Notes: a model not told the origin generated them from the sequence alone. DNA of 64,000 bases from a bacterium (GCA_021815205.1 JAKAHD010000001.1:89247-153246), one strand, 5' to 3'. Shown: positions 18,215 through 28,310, numbered from the stretch's first letter. Translations and numbers: made by a program.

Positions 18215-18955
18215 TTATCCAAGAGTTACCAGCCCCATTCCCCCATCAATAGTAAGAACCTCGCCGCACATAGCATCATTCTTTATAAGGAAAATTATTG
18301 CATCAGCAATTTCTTCGGGTTGTATCATCCTCCTTATGAGATGAACCTGTCCTAATTCTTCTTGTTCTTTTATGTCAGGATTGCCCCACATAGGAGTTGC
18401 GACGCGTCCTGGTGCAACAGCGTTAACAAGTATCTTGGGAGCGAGGTCTTTAGCCAAGTTCTTAGTGTAATTTTCAAGTGCAGCCTTAAAAGCAGAATAA
18501 GCGGCCGCCGATGGCCTGCCATACCCAAGTCGCCCATGAATTGAGGAAACATTTACGATTTTTCCTTCTTGCATTAAGGGCAGAGAGTGTTTAGTTACCA
18601 TTACAGCACTCAAAAAATTATTTCGGAAAACATTTTCAAATGCCTCAACATTTATTGAATTATCGTTTTCATCAAAAATTCCTGCGTTATTGACGAGTAT
18701 ATCCAAATGAGAAAATTCTTGTTTTACCTCTTGGCACATTTCGGATACCTCTTTATCGTTAGATACATCAGCACGAACAAGTATATTGCCCTTAGAGTAA
18801 CGATTACACTCGTCTAGGACTTCTTGTGCCGCTTTAGTGTCCGATTTGAAATTGATTGCGACCGAACAACCCTCTTTCGCCAAAGCAATAGCGGTTGCCC
18901 GCCCGATACCTTTTGAAGCCCCTGTTATGAGAATTTTCTTATCTTTTAGATTCAT
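18215..18955 (-). CDS. SDR-family oxidoreductase
   Basis: TGASKGIG, NNAG, YSAFK, VAPG. Confidence 0.92.
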   Translation of the reverse strand: MNLKDKKILITGASKGIGRATAIALAKEGCSVAINFKSDTKAAQEVLDECNRYSKGNILVRADVSNDKEVSEMCQEVKQEFSHLDILVNNAGIFDENDNSINVEAFENVFRNNFLSAVMVTKHSLPLMQEGKIVNVSSIHGRLGYGRPSAAAYSAFKAALENYTKNLAKDLAPKILVNAVAPGRVATPMWGNPDIKEQEELGQVHLIRRMIQPEEIADAIIFLIKNDAMCGEVLTIDGGMGLVTLG

Positions 18956-19060
18956 AGATTATTTCAAAACACCATATCTTTACCTAGCCGTTCCGAAATT
19001 TTATTCTCCTTCGCCCGAATACCTCGCCTTGTAATTATTCATATTTTAGCACTTTGTTAT

Positions 19061-19099
19061 ATTTACCTCCACACCTAAGCCTGAGGTGTGGAGGTAAAT
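19061..19099. repeat. REP-like hairpin (CCCCACACC family)
   Basis: 16-bp perfect stem atttacctccacacct/aggtgtggaggtaaat. Confidence 0.8.
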
Positions 19100-19155
19100 A
19101 GGCACTATTTTCCTGCCCGCCGACCTGTCCGCCAAAGTTTTGACATCGGCGGAAA

Positions 19156-21327
19156 CTATTCGCGCAGGCGGGGTTCGACGCGTTTAAGGAGCACGGCGTT
19201 CGTGGCCACAATAATGGAAGAAGCGGACATAAGGAGCGCGGCGATCTCCGGCCGCAAGGTCCAGCCAAGGGGGTGGTAGAACACTCCAGCAGCAACGGGA
19301 ATGGCCAGCATGTTATAAATCGCTGCCCAAAAAAGATTTTGCTTCATTTTAACGACCGTCGCCTTGCTCAAACGAATCGCGGCTACGATGTCGAATGGAT
19401 CAGATTTCATGAGGACGATGTTCCCGGTTTCAATCGCAACGTCGGTGCCCGCGCCGATCGCGATGCCGATATCGGCTTGCGCCAAGGCGGGCGCATCGTT
19501 CACGCCGTCGCCCACCATTGCTACGAACTTCTTCTCGTCCTGCAGTTTTTTTACGTAACTCGCCTTGTCCTCTGGGAGCACTTCCGCGAACACACGGTCG
19601 ATGCCGAGCTCTTTGCTCACCGCTTCCGCAACTTTTGCGTGGTCGCCGGTGATCATCACAACTTCGATGCCCATATTTTTCAATTCCTCGATGCTCTTTT
19701 TCGCGCTCGGGCGCACCGTATCCGCGACCGCGATGACGCCGGCAATCTTGCCATCAATGGCGAGCATGCTCAAGGTTTTGCCCTCTCCCGCGAGCCGGTC
19801 GATCGTCGCCCGGGCGGTTTCAAGATTTACACCGCTCGCATTCATAAGCTTCTCGTTGCCCGCAAGGATGCGTTTACCGTCGATCACGGCCTTTAAACCA
19901 TATCCAGCAACCGATTCGAACTGCGAGGACTTGACAAGCCGAATGTTTTTATTTGCCGCCTCATCGACGATGGCTTTTGCGATCGGGTGGTTCGAGCCGA
20001 TTTCGATGCTCGCCTCATATTTCAAAATTTCTTCTTCCTTCACGCTATTCAAGGGCGCGATATCAGTCACCTTCGGCTTGCCGAGGGTTAACGTTCCCGT
20101 CTTGTCCAGCACGATCGCCGTAAGACGGGAGGTATTTTCGAGTGTTGCTGCGTCCTTAATTAAAATGTTGTGCTTTGCGCCGATGCCGGTGCCGACTGCT
20201 ACCGCCGTCGGTGTGGCAAGCCCCAAGGCGTCGGGACATGCAATAACGACTGTTGCCACGGCAAAGGTTAACGCGGTAAGCAAGTTCGCACTGCCGATAA
20301 AATACCAACCGAGGAATGCGGCGATGCCGGAACCAATCGCAACAATCACCAGCCGTCCCGCCCAAATATCAGCAATGCGCTGACCGGGAGCTTTGGAATT
20401 CTGGGCGGTCTCCACCATTTTGATGATTTGGGCAAGCACGGTTTCCGAGCCGACTTGTGTGGCTTTGAATTGAATCGTGCCGGTGAGATTGACCGAACCG
20501 CCCACCACCTTGTCGCCGATCGTCTTTGAGATCGGTATAGATTCGCCCGTCACCAACGATTCGTCAATTGATGTTTCGCCCGAGGATATTTCGCCGTCCA
20601 CCGGAACCTTGTCGCCGGGTCGGAGTACCACACTATCGCCATGAATAATTTCCGCGCTCGGAATAGTAATCTCTTTGCCGTCCCGAATCACATTTGCTTT
20701 GGGCGGCACTAGATCAAAGAGGGCGCGCAAGGCATCCGAGGTGCCGCGGCGTGATTTCATCTCCATCCAGTGGCCAAACAAGACGAACGTAACCAAGAGC
20801 GCAGCGGCTTCAAAAAATGTTTCTTCGCCGCCGACGAGTGTGAGTAGAACGCTGAAAAGATAGGCCGCCAAAACGCCGGTCGCGATTAAGACCGCCATAT
20901 TAAGCTTCTTTGCTTTGAGCGAGTAGTAGGTGCCGGTAATAAAGATTGAACCAGTCCAAAAAACGATTGGTGTCGTGAGAATTAAGAGCAACCAATTGAT
21001 TGGAATGGGGGTTGGCAAATGTAACTTAAAAATAGTTGTGCCAACCGGCGAATACAGGAAAATAGGAACGGAGAGGAAAAGTGAAATGAAAAACCGGCGG
21101 CGCATATCCCTTTCCATCTGTTTGGCGATTGCTGGGTTGGTCATGGCCGCTTCATGATCGGTATGGCTCATTTTTTGCATGTTGTGACCAGTATGAGCAT
21201 CAACTTCCATCGGAATTAAATCCATACCACATCCGGGGCATTTGCCGGGCGCATTTTTAATGACTTCCGGGTGCATGGGGCAGGTGTAGAGAGTTTCTTT
21301 TGAATTGTGGTGATTATGGTTATTCAT
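19156..21327 (-). CDS. copA: Copper-type P1B ATPase with N-terminal YTCPMHP and His/Met-rich region
   Basis: TGES, CPDALGLATP, DKTGT, HP, GDGVND, YN and MSASS transmembrane motifs. Confidence 0.88.
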   Translation of the reverse strand: MNNHNHHNSKETLYTCPMHPEVIKNAPGKCPGCGMDLIPMEVDAHTGHNMQKMSHTDHEAAMTNPAIAKQMERDMRRRFFISLFLSVPIFLYSPVGTTIFKLHLPTPIPINWLLLILTTPIVFWTGSIFITGTYYSLKAKKLNMAVLIATGVLAAYLFSVLLTLVGGEETFFEAAALLVTFVLFGHWMEMKSRRGTSDALRALFDLVPPKANVIRDGKEITIPSAEIIHGDSVVLRPGDKVPVDGEISSGETSIDESLVTGESIPISKTIGDKVVGGSVNLTGTIQFKATQVGSETVLAQIIKMVETAQNSKAPGQRIADIWAGRLVIVAIGSGIAAFLGWYFIGSANLLTALTFAVATVVIACPDALGLATPTAVAVGTGIGAKHNILIKDAATLENTSRLTAIVLDKTGTLTLGKPKVTDIAPLNSVKEEEILKYEASIEIGSNHPIAKAIVDEAANKNIRLVKSSQFESVAGYGLKAVIDGKRILAGNEKLMNASGVNLETARATIDRLAGEGKTLSMLAIDGKIAGVIAVADTVRPSAKKSIEELKNMGIEVVMITGDHAKVAEAVSKELGIDRVFAEVLPEDKASYVKKLQDEKKFVAMVGDGVNDAPALAQADIGIAIGAGTDVAIETGNIVLMKSDPFDIVAAIRLSKATVVKMKQNLFWAAIYNMLAIPVAAGVFYHPLGWTLRPEIAALLMSASSIIVATNAVLLKRVEPRLRE

Positions 21328-21328
21328 A

Positions 21329-21496
21329 TTATTTATTTTCAATAGCTTGGTTTGTGATCTCTAAATTGCAACCGTGATGTTCTTTGCACCATGTTTCGCA
21401 CTTTTTCGCTTGCGTTTTCTCTTTATAATGCAAACCGCACTCTGGACACTTATGTGATTCCTCCTCGACTTTTTCGTTATGATTTTTGTGATCCAT
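21329..21496 (-). CDS. Small Cys/His-rich putative metal-binding protein
   Basis: CPECG..Y......CETWCKEHHGCNLEI; paralogous to N-terminus of 49363-51162. Confidence 0.75.
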   Translation of the reverse strand: MDHKNHNEKVEEESHKCPECGLHYKEKTQAKKCETWCKEHHGCNLEITNQAIENK

Positions 21497-21501
21497 ATAA
21501 T

Positions 21502-22227
21502 TTATATTTGTTTTACAGATTTTAACTTTTTCCAAGTAAGATGTTCGTAAATACTCGACCAGATAAAACCAAAGCTGAAAGCGAATAAAAGTTCTTCTAA
21601 TGGAATTCCTAATATCAAAATACCCGAGATAGCCTTGAGGTTCCAGACCTGTTCCACATACCCAGGATAAAGAGCAATGAGCGTTAAGAAATATACAAAA
21701 TAAATCCCTAAGAATATAAAAGCGCTTGCGATCATTTTCTTTTTAAGATCAGGTCTGCAATACCAAGAGAAAAAGCCGCCGACAAGCATTGCTATAATTG
21801 CCGAATAGATAGGATTAAGCGAAGTTGTAAAAAAGATCACAAAAAAGATAAATGGGGACGAGAGAATAGAGAGCAAGTGGTAGTTGTGGTGGATCAAATG
21901 ACGTTCATATGTTTCTATTCGCTCATGCGAAGTGCGATGGATACACTCATAGATCGCTACCGCGATACCACCGATAGCAAAAGAGAAAATGAAACTTTCA
22001 ATATCAAAACCAGTTCGGTGAGCTAAGTCAAAAAGTGATGGTGGATTCCAGTAGGTTGGAACAAAAAGTGGCTCTGTAAATCCAAAAAGTGCAGTCCATA
22101 AGCTCACCCAAAGCATTTCTTTTTTACTCTCTCTGTTTTTTAGAAGTACGTAAATAACTACCCAGATTGCAACAAGGATTAAGCTCCATAAAAACCAAGC
22201 AAGTTGTGGTTCGTGTGTTGAGTTCAT
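21502..22227 (-). CDS. Lycopene-cyclase-domain-like membrane protein
   Basis: Two internal repeats ending 'DIESFIFSF' and 'IPLEELLFAF'. Confidence 0.65.
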   Translation of the reverse strand: MNSTHEPQLAWFLWSLILVAIWVVIYVLLKNRESKKEMLWVSLWTALFGFTEPLFVPTYWNPPSLFDLAHRTGFDIESFIFSFAIGGIAVAIYECIHRTSHERIETYERHLIHHNYHLLSILSSPFIFFVIFFTTSLNPIYSAIIAMLVGGFFSWYCRPDLKKKMIASAFIFLGIYFVYFLTLIALYPGYVEQVWNLKAISGILILGIPLEELLFAFSFGFIWSSIYEHLTWKKLKSVKQI

Positions 22228-22595
22228 ACGTTTTTAGTTAGATATTTCTCGCCAAAGACAAGAGCAAGTGCCATAAACAAAAGTCCGGAATGCTCAAGCG
22301 CATCGAAAGGACTTGCAATAACGATCATGACGCCGACAAGCCAGATAAACGCCCATAAGCCCACACGACGTGTAGTAATACCAAAAAAGAGGAGCAAAGC
22401 GACGATACCGTCGTTCAAACCGATCACAAACGGCACAAATAGCTCCGGGCGGATTGGCAATAGAGGCAAGATAAACGAGTTGTTTATCAGCTCGATGAAT
22501 TCCGATGGTGCAAAAAACGCCGTTAGAGAATTAGCAAGGAAGATGACGCCTAAGCCAAAGCGAATCAAGAAGTTATAATTTAGAAATTTATTCAC
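22224..22595 (-). CDS. DoxX-like membrane protein
   Basis: LIRFGLGVIFL start; 4 TM. Confidence 0.55.
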   Translation of the reverse strand: MNKFLNYNFLIRFGLGVIFLANSLTAFFAPSEFIELINNSFILPLLPIRPELFVPFVIGLNDGIVALLLFFGITTRRVGLWAFIWLVGVMIVIASPFDALEHSGLLFMALALVFGEKYLTKNV

Positions 22596-22596
22596 G

Positions 22597-23058
22597 TTAT
22601 TTCAAACCCCATTTGAAAGATCGTTCTGGAATGCCGCCAATATCTTTGATTTTAAGTTCGACGGTTTGAGGCATTGGTTGGATTGCGTTAAAAATCAACA
22701 CTCCCTCCCGATGGTGGCCGCCGGGCCCGGCACCCTCCCAAGACAGGGGCTTATACACGTTACCTTTATCATCGACCAGCGTCACGATTTGTACAGGATC
22801 TTGATCAAGTTCGACCGAATGTGTGTTCATACCAATATCAAATTTCCACTCCGTCGATTGTGATGAAAGATTAAGCGGCGTAACTACGACGGTAACATTT
22901 GCTTGCTCGTCAGTCCTCGTCTCCCATTTTTGTTTCACGCCTGATGTTGAAGAGTTGTCTTGGGGCGGACGAGAGCTGGGTTTAGGATTATACAAGACCA
23001 GAGAAACTCCCACGAACACCAATGCCAATACGGATATTGTGATTACTTTTTTATTCAT
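22597..23058 (-). CDS. Exported hypothetical protein with His motifs
   Basis: N-terminal TM; MNTHSVELD, GGHHREG. Confidence 0.7.
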   Translation of the reverse strand: MNKKVITISVLALVFVGVSLVLYNPKPSSRPPQDNSSTSGVKQKWETRTDEQANVTVVVTPLNLSSQSTEWKFDIGMNTHSVELDQDPVQIVTLVDDKGNVYKPLSWEGAGPGGHHREGVLIFNAIQPMPQTVELKIKDIGGIPERSFKWGLK

Positions 23059-23114
23059 CCCGTTAGGGGTTCCCATGATTGATTTTTTGAGATATTGGTA
23101 ATTGCGACTATTTT

Positions 23115-23603
23115 TCAATTTTTCCACCCGTCAGAGTTTTTTAGGTTTCTCACAGAGGCGGATCCGTCTCGGGCGGAGCATTTGATGATTTTATTGCTGA
23201 TAAATAAAATGCCGAATATGTTAAACGCAAGACCGATCCAGAAAATCTTGACTTGATATTGAGCTACAAACGTAGCAAGCCCCGTAACTCCGAGAATGGG
23301 AACCACATTCACAAGATAATGAGCGCAACAGGAAATCATAGAGGCCGTCGAAGTCGTACCTGATACGCCGACAACCTTGCTCATGCCAAGCCCCCCATGC
23401 ACTAAGGCCCTAAGATGCTGATATAAACCGATCTGAACACCGAAACCAATCGCCAAGCTCGTGATGAAATACCAGTATGTGCCGAATTGATCTTGAGCAA
23501 AGCTCCATCCGGAGACGAGCGTCAAGACCGCGAAGTACACACCAAGCAAGATCGCACTTGCAAGTGTCCCATATAATATTGCCTTTGCGTAAGTGTTTGT
23601 CAT
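23115..23603 (-). CDS. Membrane protein with MISCCAH motif
   Basis: 4 TM; vicinal Cys-Cys plus His. Confidence 0.75.
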   Translation of the reverse strand: MTNTYAKAILYGTLASAILLGVYFAVLTLVSGWSFAQDQFGTYWYFITSLAIGFGVQIGLYQHLRALVHGGLGMSKVVGVSGTTSTASMISCCAHYLVNVVPILGVTGLATFVAQYQVKIFWIGLAFNIFGILFISNKIIKCSARDGSASVRNLKNSDGWKN

Positions 23604-23605
23604 GG

Positions 23606-23791
23606 TTACTTTTTGATATAGCTTTCCGGGTCTTTCTCAAACTGACTCCGGCAATGATCCGAACAAAAGACATACTCCTTGTCTTTGTAGGTGAAGGTAA
23701 TGCTGTCGCTTGCCCGCATACCGCACACCGGATCCCGCAAAAGCTTCTTTGATGGGATTTTTTTGAATTTGTTGAAGAATGATGTAAGCAT
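23606..23791 (-). CDS. YHS-domain protein
   Basis: DPVCGM...Y.FCS..C...F..DP..Y. Confidence 0.88.
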   Translation of the reverse strand: MLTSFFNKFKKIPSKKLLRDPVCGMRASDSITFTYKDKEYVFCSDHCRSQFEKDPESYIKK

Positions 23792-23828
23792 AGATTTATC
23801 CCCCACACCTCCTGAGGGGTTTAGTGCC

Positions 23829-24116
23829 TTAATGGCAACACCCATGGCCGGGATGATCTTTTTTGTTTTTGCCATCTTTATCTTCGCCCTCTCCATTGGT
23901 AACCGATTTTTCCTCATCGGAATGTTTATGCGATCGACCCATCATAAAGAAGTGGGCTATGACCATTATGGCAACTCCACCGATAATGACCCACGTCGGA
24001 GCCCCAAATGCTCTGCCTCCGAGTCCGAGAATGACGATTAACAATAAGGGCGCCACACAGCACACCATCATTGTCCACATCATCCAATTCCCGTCTTTTT
24101 GATCGTGATTATGCAT
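23829..24116 (-). CDS. Small Met/Cys/His-rich membrane protein
   Basis: WMMWTMMVCC, HFFMM, C-terminal HPGHGCCH. Confidence 0.75.
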   Translation of the reverse strand: MHNHDQKDGNWMMWTMMVCCVAPLLLIVILGLGGRAFGAPTWVIIGGVAIMVIAHFFMMGRSHKHSDEEKSVTNGEGEDKDGKNKKDHPGHGCCH

Positions 24117-24147
24117 GGCGATTAATAGTTTAATAATAACCAGATTA

Positions 24148-24360
24148 TCAACCCTCACGTTCTAACTGCCTGCGATACAAGGCGCATACTCCGGCCGAGA
24201 TGGAGATGAGAGTAAGCACAATTGCGTCATTGAAGCAGTGCTGTTGCGTGAAGCCGAAAATGGTGCCGTTCTGTCCGGCAAGCCACGCCCCAATGAGCGC
24301 AAGTACCCCCCAAATACCAGTAACAATCGAGACCCCGTGAATGAATGTGGATTTTTTCAT
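24148..24360 (-). CDS. Small 2-TM protein
   Basis: 70-aa hydrophobic ORF in operon order. Confidence 0.65.
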   Translation of the reverse strand: MKKSTFIHGVSIVTGIWGVLALIGAWLAGQNGTIFGFTQQHCFNDAIVLTLISISAGVCALYRRQLEREG

Positions 24361-24366
24361 AGGTTT

Positions 24367-24648
24367 TTATTTATTGGAAAGGGTATATATCCTGATCAAT
24401 TCTTTAATTGCTTTTTGATCTTCACTTTTGCTCTGCATTTGATGTTTGACATGCGAGCGCAAGTGATTTTCAAGAAGAAAGCCGTCAAGACTCTTAAGCG
24501 ACCTTTGAATGGAGAGGGATTGTTCCAACAGCGTTGGGCAATACACCTCTTTCTCAATGGCCTTAATAAGACCATCAAACTGACCGCGAAGAATCCTCGC
24601 CCGATGGAGGGCGCGTCCTTTTATTTTCTGATCTACTCCGTGTTGCAT
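24367..24648 (-). CDS. CsoR/RcnR-family metal-sensing repressor
   Basis: R....GQ..G......E.YC...L.Q.......L......ENHL..H. Confidence 0.88.
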   Translation of the reverse strand: MQHGVDQKIKGRALHRARILRGQFDGLIKAIEKEVYCPTLLEQSLSIQRSLKSLDGFLLENHLRSHVKHQMQSKSEDQKAIKELIRIYTLSNK

Positions 24649-24687
24649 GTAGGTAACGCATTAGTGATTTTATCGACCTCTCTAGGT

Positions 24688-24716
24688 AGGGTATACCCCT
24701 ATGCCCTATTTGTCAA
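24688..24716 (-). promoter_or_regulatory. Promoter with G-tract operator-like spacer
   Basis: TTGACA-AATAGGGCATAGGGGTA-TACCCT on minus strand. Confidence 0.7.
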
Positions 24717-24735
24717 ATCGTGCTTGTGGATAATC

Positions 24736-25689
24736 TTATATGCCACACCCGTCCTGCTGGCGCTGTGGCGCTGGGGCTGTTCCACCTGTATCTACACCGC
24801 ATCCGCTCCCGCCTCTCTCTTGTCGCGTTTGGGGGACTTGAGCGGCAATTCTTGCAAATCCGGAACCGCTTGAATATTCCGCGCTAAGAAGCATTTGCGG
24901 AGTTACACTTTTTACATCAATACCTTTTATTTTTAGGTATTGTGCAATGGTCTCGTATTGATCCGGGAACCAGGCTCTGTTGGCCGTTATGGCCGCATTC
25001 CACATCTCTTCCCCTGTTCTCCCTTGCGATGCCAGGTATTCAAGAAGCCCGAGCATTGCCATGCCGTGATTGCAATCCGGGAAATACGTTGAATTATTGC
25101 AGCAGGGCCGGTAAATTCCTTTCGCGATCTTCTCCACAAGCGCCTGCTGATCTGACGTGAGAGGGGCCAAGGCGTGCTTGTCGTAGTGATCCATCACCGA
25201 CCCCGTAGTAACCGTCCAACCGCCGACCGATGCCATGTTGGTCGGTCCGCCGTAGCGCACGTCCATAATCGGGCCGGTCTCCAAAACCGGGTTTTTATTT
25301 GCCAGACCATAAGCCCAGAGCAAGTTCAGCTCTGTCACTTGAGAAAGCTTGGCGGGATTGATAGTGCCATTCGCAATCAAGGCGGCAAGCATTTTCTTTT
25401 CTGTTTCTAAGGGCAGGATTTTTCCTCCGTCAACCAGGGTTGCCTGGCCGTTTTGCGAAGCCGCATTTTCTGCCGTCTGCGTCTCCGGGGAGCGATTCTC
25501 GTTGTTATAGATCATAGCTCCCGCAAGCATGGCTCCCGCAATGACAATGGCAATCGGGATCATATATCTGTTGCCGAACTCTTTAGGTTTCTCCTGTCTT
25601 GATCCCTCCTGTATCTCGTATTCCGTTTCGTGTTCCGTCCCATTAGAAATTTTCGTATCGGTGAGATTTTCATTTTTTTTCTTATCCAT
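24736..25689 (-). CDS. Membrane-anchored Cys-rich protein (RPCC...DCNHG domain)
   Basis: TM; ASVGGW, YRPCCNNST.F.DCNHG, WFP, GCGV/GCGI tail; paralogue at 49363-51162. Confidence 0.85.
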   Translation of the reverse strand: MDKKKNENLTDTKISNGTEHETEYEIQEGSRQEKPKEFGNRYMIPIAIVIAGAMLAGAMIYNNENRSPETQTAENAASQNGQATLVDGGKILPLETEKKMLAALIANGTINPAKLSQVTELNLLWAYGLANKNPVLETGPIMDVRYGGPTNMASVGGWTVTTGSVMDHYDKHALAPLTSDQQALVEKIAKGIYRPCCNNSTYFPDCNHGMAMLGLLEYLASQGRTGEEMWNAAITANRAWFPDQYETIAQYLKIKGIDVKSVTPQMLLSAEYSSGSGFARIAAQVPQTRQERGGSGCGVDTGGTAPAPQRQQDGCGI

Positions 25690-25795
25690 ATTTTTATACC
25701 CGTTACCCATTCAGTATTGATTGGATTTCTAACGGGACAAGTGTTTTTATCCCGTGAGAAGCAGGTCGCAATGCGACCGCGACTTCTCATTGGGG

Positions 25796-26041
25796 TTATT
25801 TCTTACAACAATCCGTTAACTTGCTAATAATTTCTTCAATTGACTTTTTTTCGAGAGAACGCTTAGAAGATACGGAAAATCCAACCGCTCTCAACTTCCT
25901 TATTGTTTCTCTTACCCCCAACGATCTCACCTCGTTGAGAATAAGGCGACGCTGTTCGCATTTTTCACAGTGAGGTATATGAAGCGCCTTCGCAATCTTC
26001 CTCACCGTATCGCCGAGTCTAAGTTGCCGTTTCTTGCCCAT
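25796..26041 (-). CDS. Small basic protein with HCxxC and C-terminal CC
   Basis: HIPHCEKCEQRR...DCCKK; abuts the upstream gene. Confidence 0.6.
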   Translation of the reverse strand: MGKKRQLRLGDTVRKIAKALHIPHCEKCEQRRLILNEVRSLGVRETIRKLRAVGFSVSSKRSLEKKSIEEIISKLTDCCKK

Positions 26042-26042
26042 G

Positions 26043-26690
26043 TTATTGTTTGCTTAATTCCTGAATTTTACCGAAGAGCATGTCATTCGCTATTGCCATG
26101 TTCGGGTCATCGAATACGAATCTCACCATCCCCTCTTTATCAACCACGATATAGGTATGGCCTGGCAGTGAGCCGCGATGCATTGAGGAATTTGTAGTCA
26201 ACATGCCAAGCTCTCTCGAGGCGTTCGCACCTCCGTCAAACATGGTGGTTGCCTTCGCAAGCTCCGGCATCTTGGCTATTGCCGTCTGCCAGTCTCTCGC
26301 GGAATCGGTTACAACGGATATTGCTTGAATCTCTCCGCTCTTGAATCTTTGGTCGCTCCCGAATGATGCCATCTGATTCCAGCACGCCGGATAACACATA
26401 AGGCCCTCGTTGAAGAACAGAACGGTGTATTTGCCTCTGAAGTCTGCCGAGGTGTATATTTTTCCATCCTTATCAGTCAGTTGGATATTTGGCAATGGTT
26501 TTCCTATAAGGGAATTCAGTTGCTCGGTATTGGGGGCCCCCGGCGATCCATGCATGGTATCAGTGGCGGATGTTTGATTGGCGTTTTGCGGCGAACTCTT
26601 CATAAGGAGATATCCCAAGCTCAGCGCCACGACCGCAATGATGGTGATCGTGAGCCAAGGAGTTTTTTGATTGTAGTTATTTTTATTCAT
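26043..26690 (-). CDS. Exported thioredoxin-fold (AhpC/TSA/Sco-like) protein
   Basis: GKPLPNIQL.D..G, FRGK..VLFF, MCYPAC, YIVVDKEG.VRF. Confidence 0.82.
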   Translation of the reverse strand: MNKNNYNQKTPWLTITIIAVVALSLGYLLMKSSPQNANQTSATDTMHGSPGAPNTEQLNSLIGKPLPNIQLTDKDGKIYTSADFRGKYTVLFFNEGLMCYPACWNQMASFGSDQRFKSGEIQAISVVTDSARDWQTAIAKMPELAKATTMFDGGANASRELGMLTTNSSMHRGSLPGHTYIVVDKEGMVRFVFDDPNMAIANDMLFGKIQELSKQ

Positions 26691-26796
26691 CCCGTTAGAA
26701 GTTTTCATGATTATTTTTTTGTTTTTTTATTTTGGCTAGCGAAGAGCGAAATGAAAATTTATTTCCATTTCGTCCGAGCGAAGACGAAACAAAAGA

Positions 26797-27648
26797 CTAT
26801 TGTCTTTTATATTGTTTAATGAACACATACGAAACGTACGCGACTATTCCAATGAAGAGAAGCGCCCAAACGTATTCCGGAATCAACGTTACCAATCCGT
26901 TGATTGCGTCCAAGAACTTGGCATTCCACAGATTTATTTGCAATTGATACTCCGAATGTACGAATAACGTATTGCTGAACGCCAAATACGTTATGTAGCC
27001 GCCCATCAAGAGAAATATCAATCCGGAAATGAGCTCCGAGACGGTAATGTGCCAGCTCCAGCTCCCGATTCTCATCCCCACCGTTTTCTTGGCGTTCGTG
27101 AATCGTTCTGTCAGATTTACTTTGTCGAGGAACGCCGCAATGATAAAGAGCGGCAGGGTCATACCTACGACATAGGCCAAGGTATACAACGCGCCCCACA
27201 GAATGGTGCCGCTTGCAACGGACAGCGCGAGCACACCGGCGAGCACCGGCGCACAGCAGGTAGTGGCAATAGCCGAGAAGATACCGAGAATATAGATCGA
27301 GGACACATGCCGCTTCATGCCGTCACGAACGGAGGTCGGGGTGGTGAACTTCTTGCCAAAGAGCATTGAGAGTCCCAACGCCATCAGGAAAATTCCGCCA
27401 ACGGTGAAAATTATGTTGTGGTATTTACTGAACAACTGTGCCAAGAAAGAGGCTCCAAGTCCGATTGGCAAGAAGACCGTCGCTACTCCCAAGAAGAAGA
27501 CAAAAGTCATGAAGAATATTTTGTATTTTTCTTTGAAGATGTTTCCCAAGTAGGACGGTAAGAGGACGGTAATACAGCATGGGGCAAAGAGCGCGGCAAC
27601 CCCCGCCACGAACGCCGCTATGAGTGATGTCCCTACAAGTAATTCCAT
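26797..27648 (-). CDS. ccdA: CcdA/DsbD-type transmembrane electron transporter
   Basis: AFVAG...FAPCC...LP.Y, TTCCAPVL, Y..GM.LP. Confidence 0.82.
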   Translation of the reverse strand: MELLVGTSLIAAFVAGVAALFAPCCITVLLPSYLGNIFKEKYKIFFMTFVFFLGVATVFLPIGLGASFLAQLFSKYHNIIFTVGGIFLMALGLSMLFGKKFTTPTSVRDGMKRHVSSIYILGIFSAIATTCCAPVLAGVLALSVASGTILWGALYTLAYVVGMTLPLFIIAAFLDKVNLTERFTNAKKTVGMRIGSWSWHITVSELISGLIFLLMGGYITYLAFSNTLFVHSEYQLQINLWNAKFLDAINGLVTLIPEYVWALLFIGIVAYVSYVFIKQYKRQ

Positions 27649-27776
27649 TCCGTTAGAAGCAGGTCGCGATCAGCCGACCCTGCTTAATGATTAAGTTTGT
27701 GGATTCTCGACCCGCTTTCATATCGACGTTCTTTCTCTTTAGAGAAATCGTGATCGCGGCTTCTAACGGGATCCAT
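27646..27776. mobile_element. MITE-like element with CCGTTAGAAG...CTTCTAACGG ends
   Basis: Terminal inverted repeats; ATGGA on both sides (minus strand); partial copies elsewhere. Confidence 0.6.
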
Positions 27777-27885
27777 ATAGTTTTTTGCATAGGTATTATT
27801 TGATGCGAGTTAGTGAATAACAAAAATATCCTTTTTGAGAGGATATTGAAACAGCACGAAAAAGCGTATCGCTTAATGCGTGCTG

Positions 27886-28296
27886 TTAGTGCAAAGAGGG
27901 ACTAAGCTCAAATAGAGAAAGCCACGAGGTAATTTTCTGCTCACCGCCTAAAGAGTGAAGCGTCCCCTCTCGCCGCCGCTCTTGCAATAGTTCCGGTTTC
28001 GGAAGCAGTACATTTTTATACCATAGAACTATCGAAACCGAAGCAAGAAGCAGGGACACGATCAATGAAAGCCAGCCGGAGATCGGCGGCACCACGGTTG
28101 TCGTAAGCGTTTGAAAAGCGGAGACATGATGCAAAGTCATGTCCATGATGCTTGCGGGACAGGCCGTTCCGTCTATGGCCGAGGCAATACAACCGTCGCT
28201 TGAGCCACCCATCATCGCATGCTCAAAAAGCGAAAAACCAAAAACACCTATTCCGACAAAGCTCATTATTAGGAGTAGTGACGCAAGATATTTCAT
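27886..28296 (-). CDS. Hypothetical membrane protein with Cys/His/Met cluster
   Basis: HAMM...C.......CP.....HH; first gene after the promoter. Confidence 0.7.
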   Translation of the reverse strand: MKYLASLLLIMSFVGIGVFGFSLFEHAMMGGSSDGCIASAIDGTACPASIMDMTLHHVSAFQTLTTTVVPPISGWLSLIVSLLLASVSIVLWYKNVLLPKPELLQERRREGTLHSLGGEQKITSWLSLFELSPSLH

Positions 28297-28310
28297 GGGA
28301 TTACAAGATG

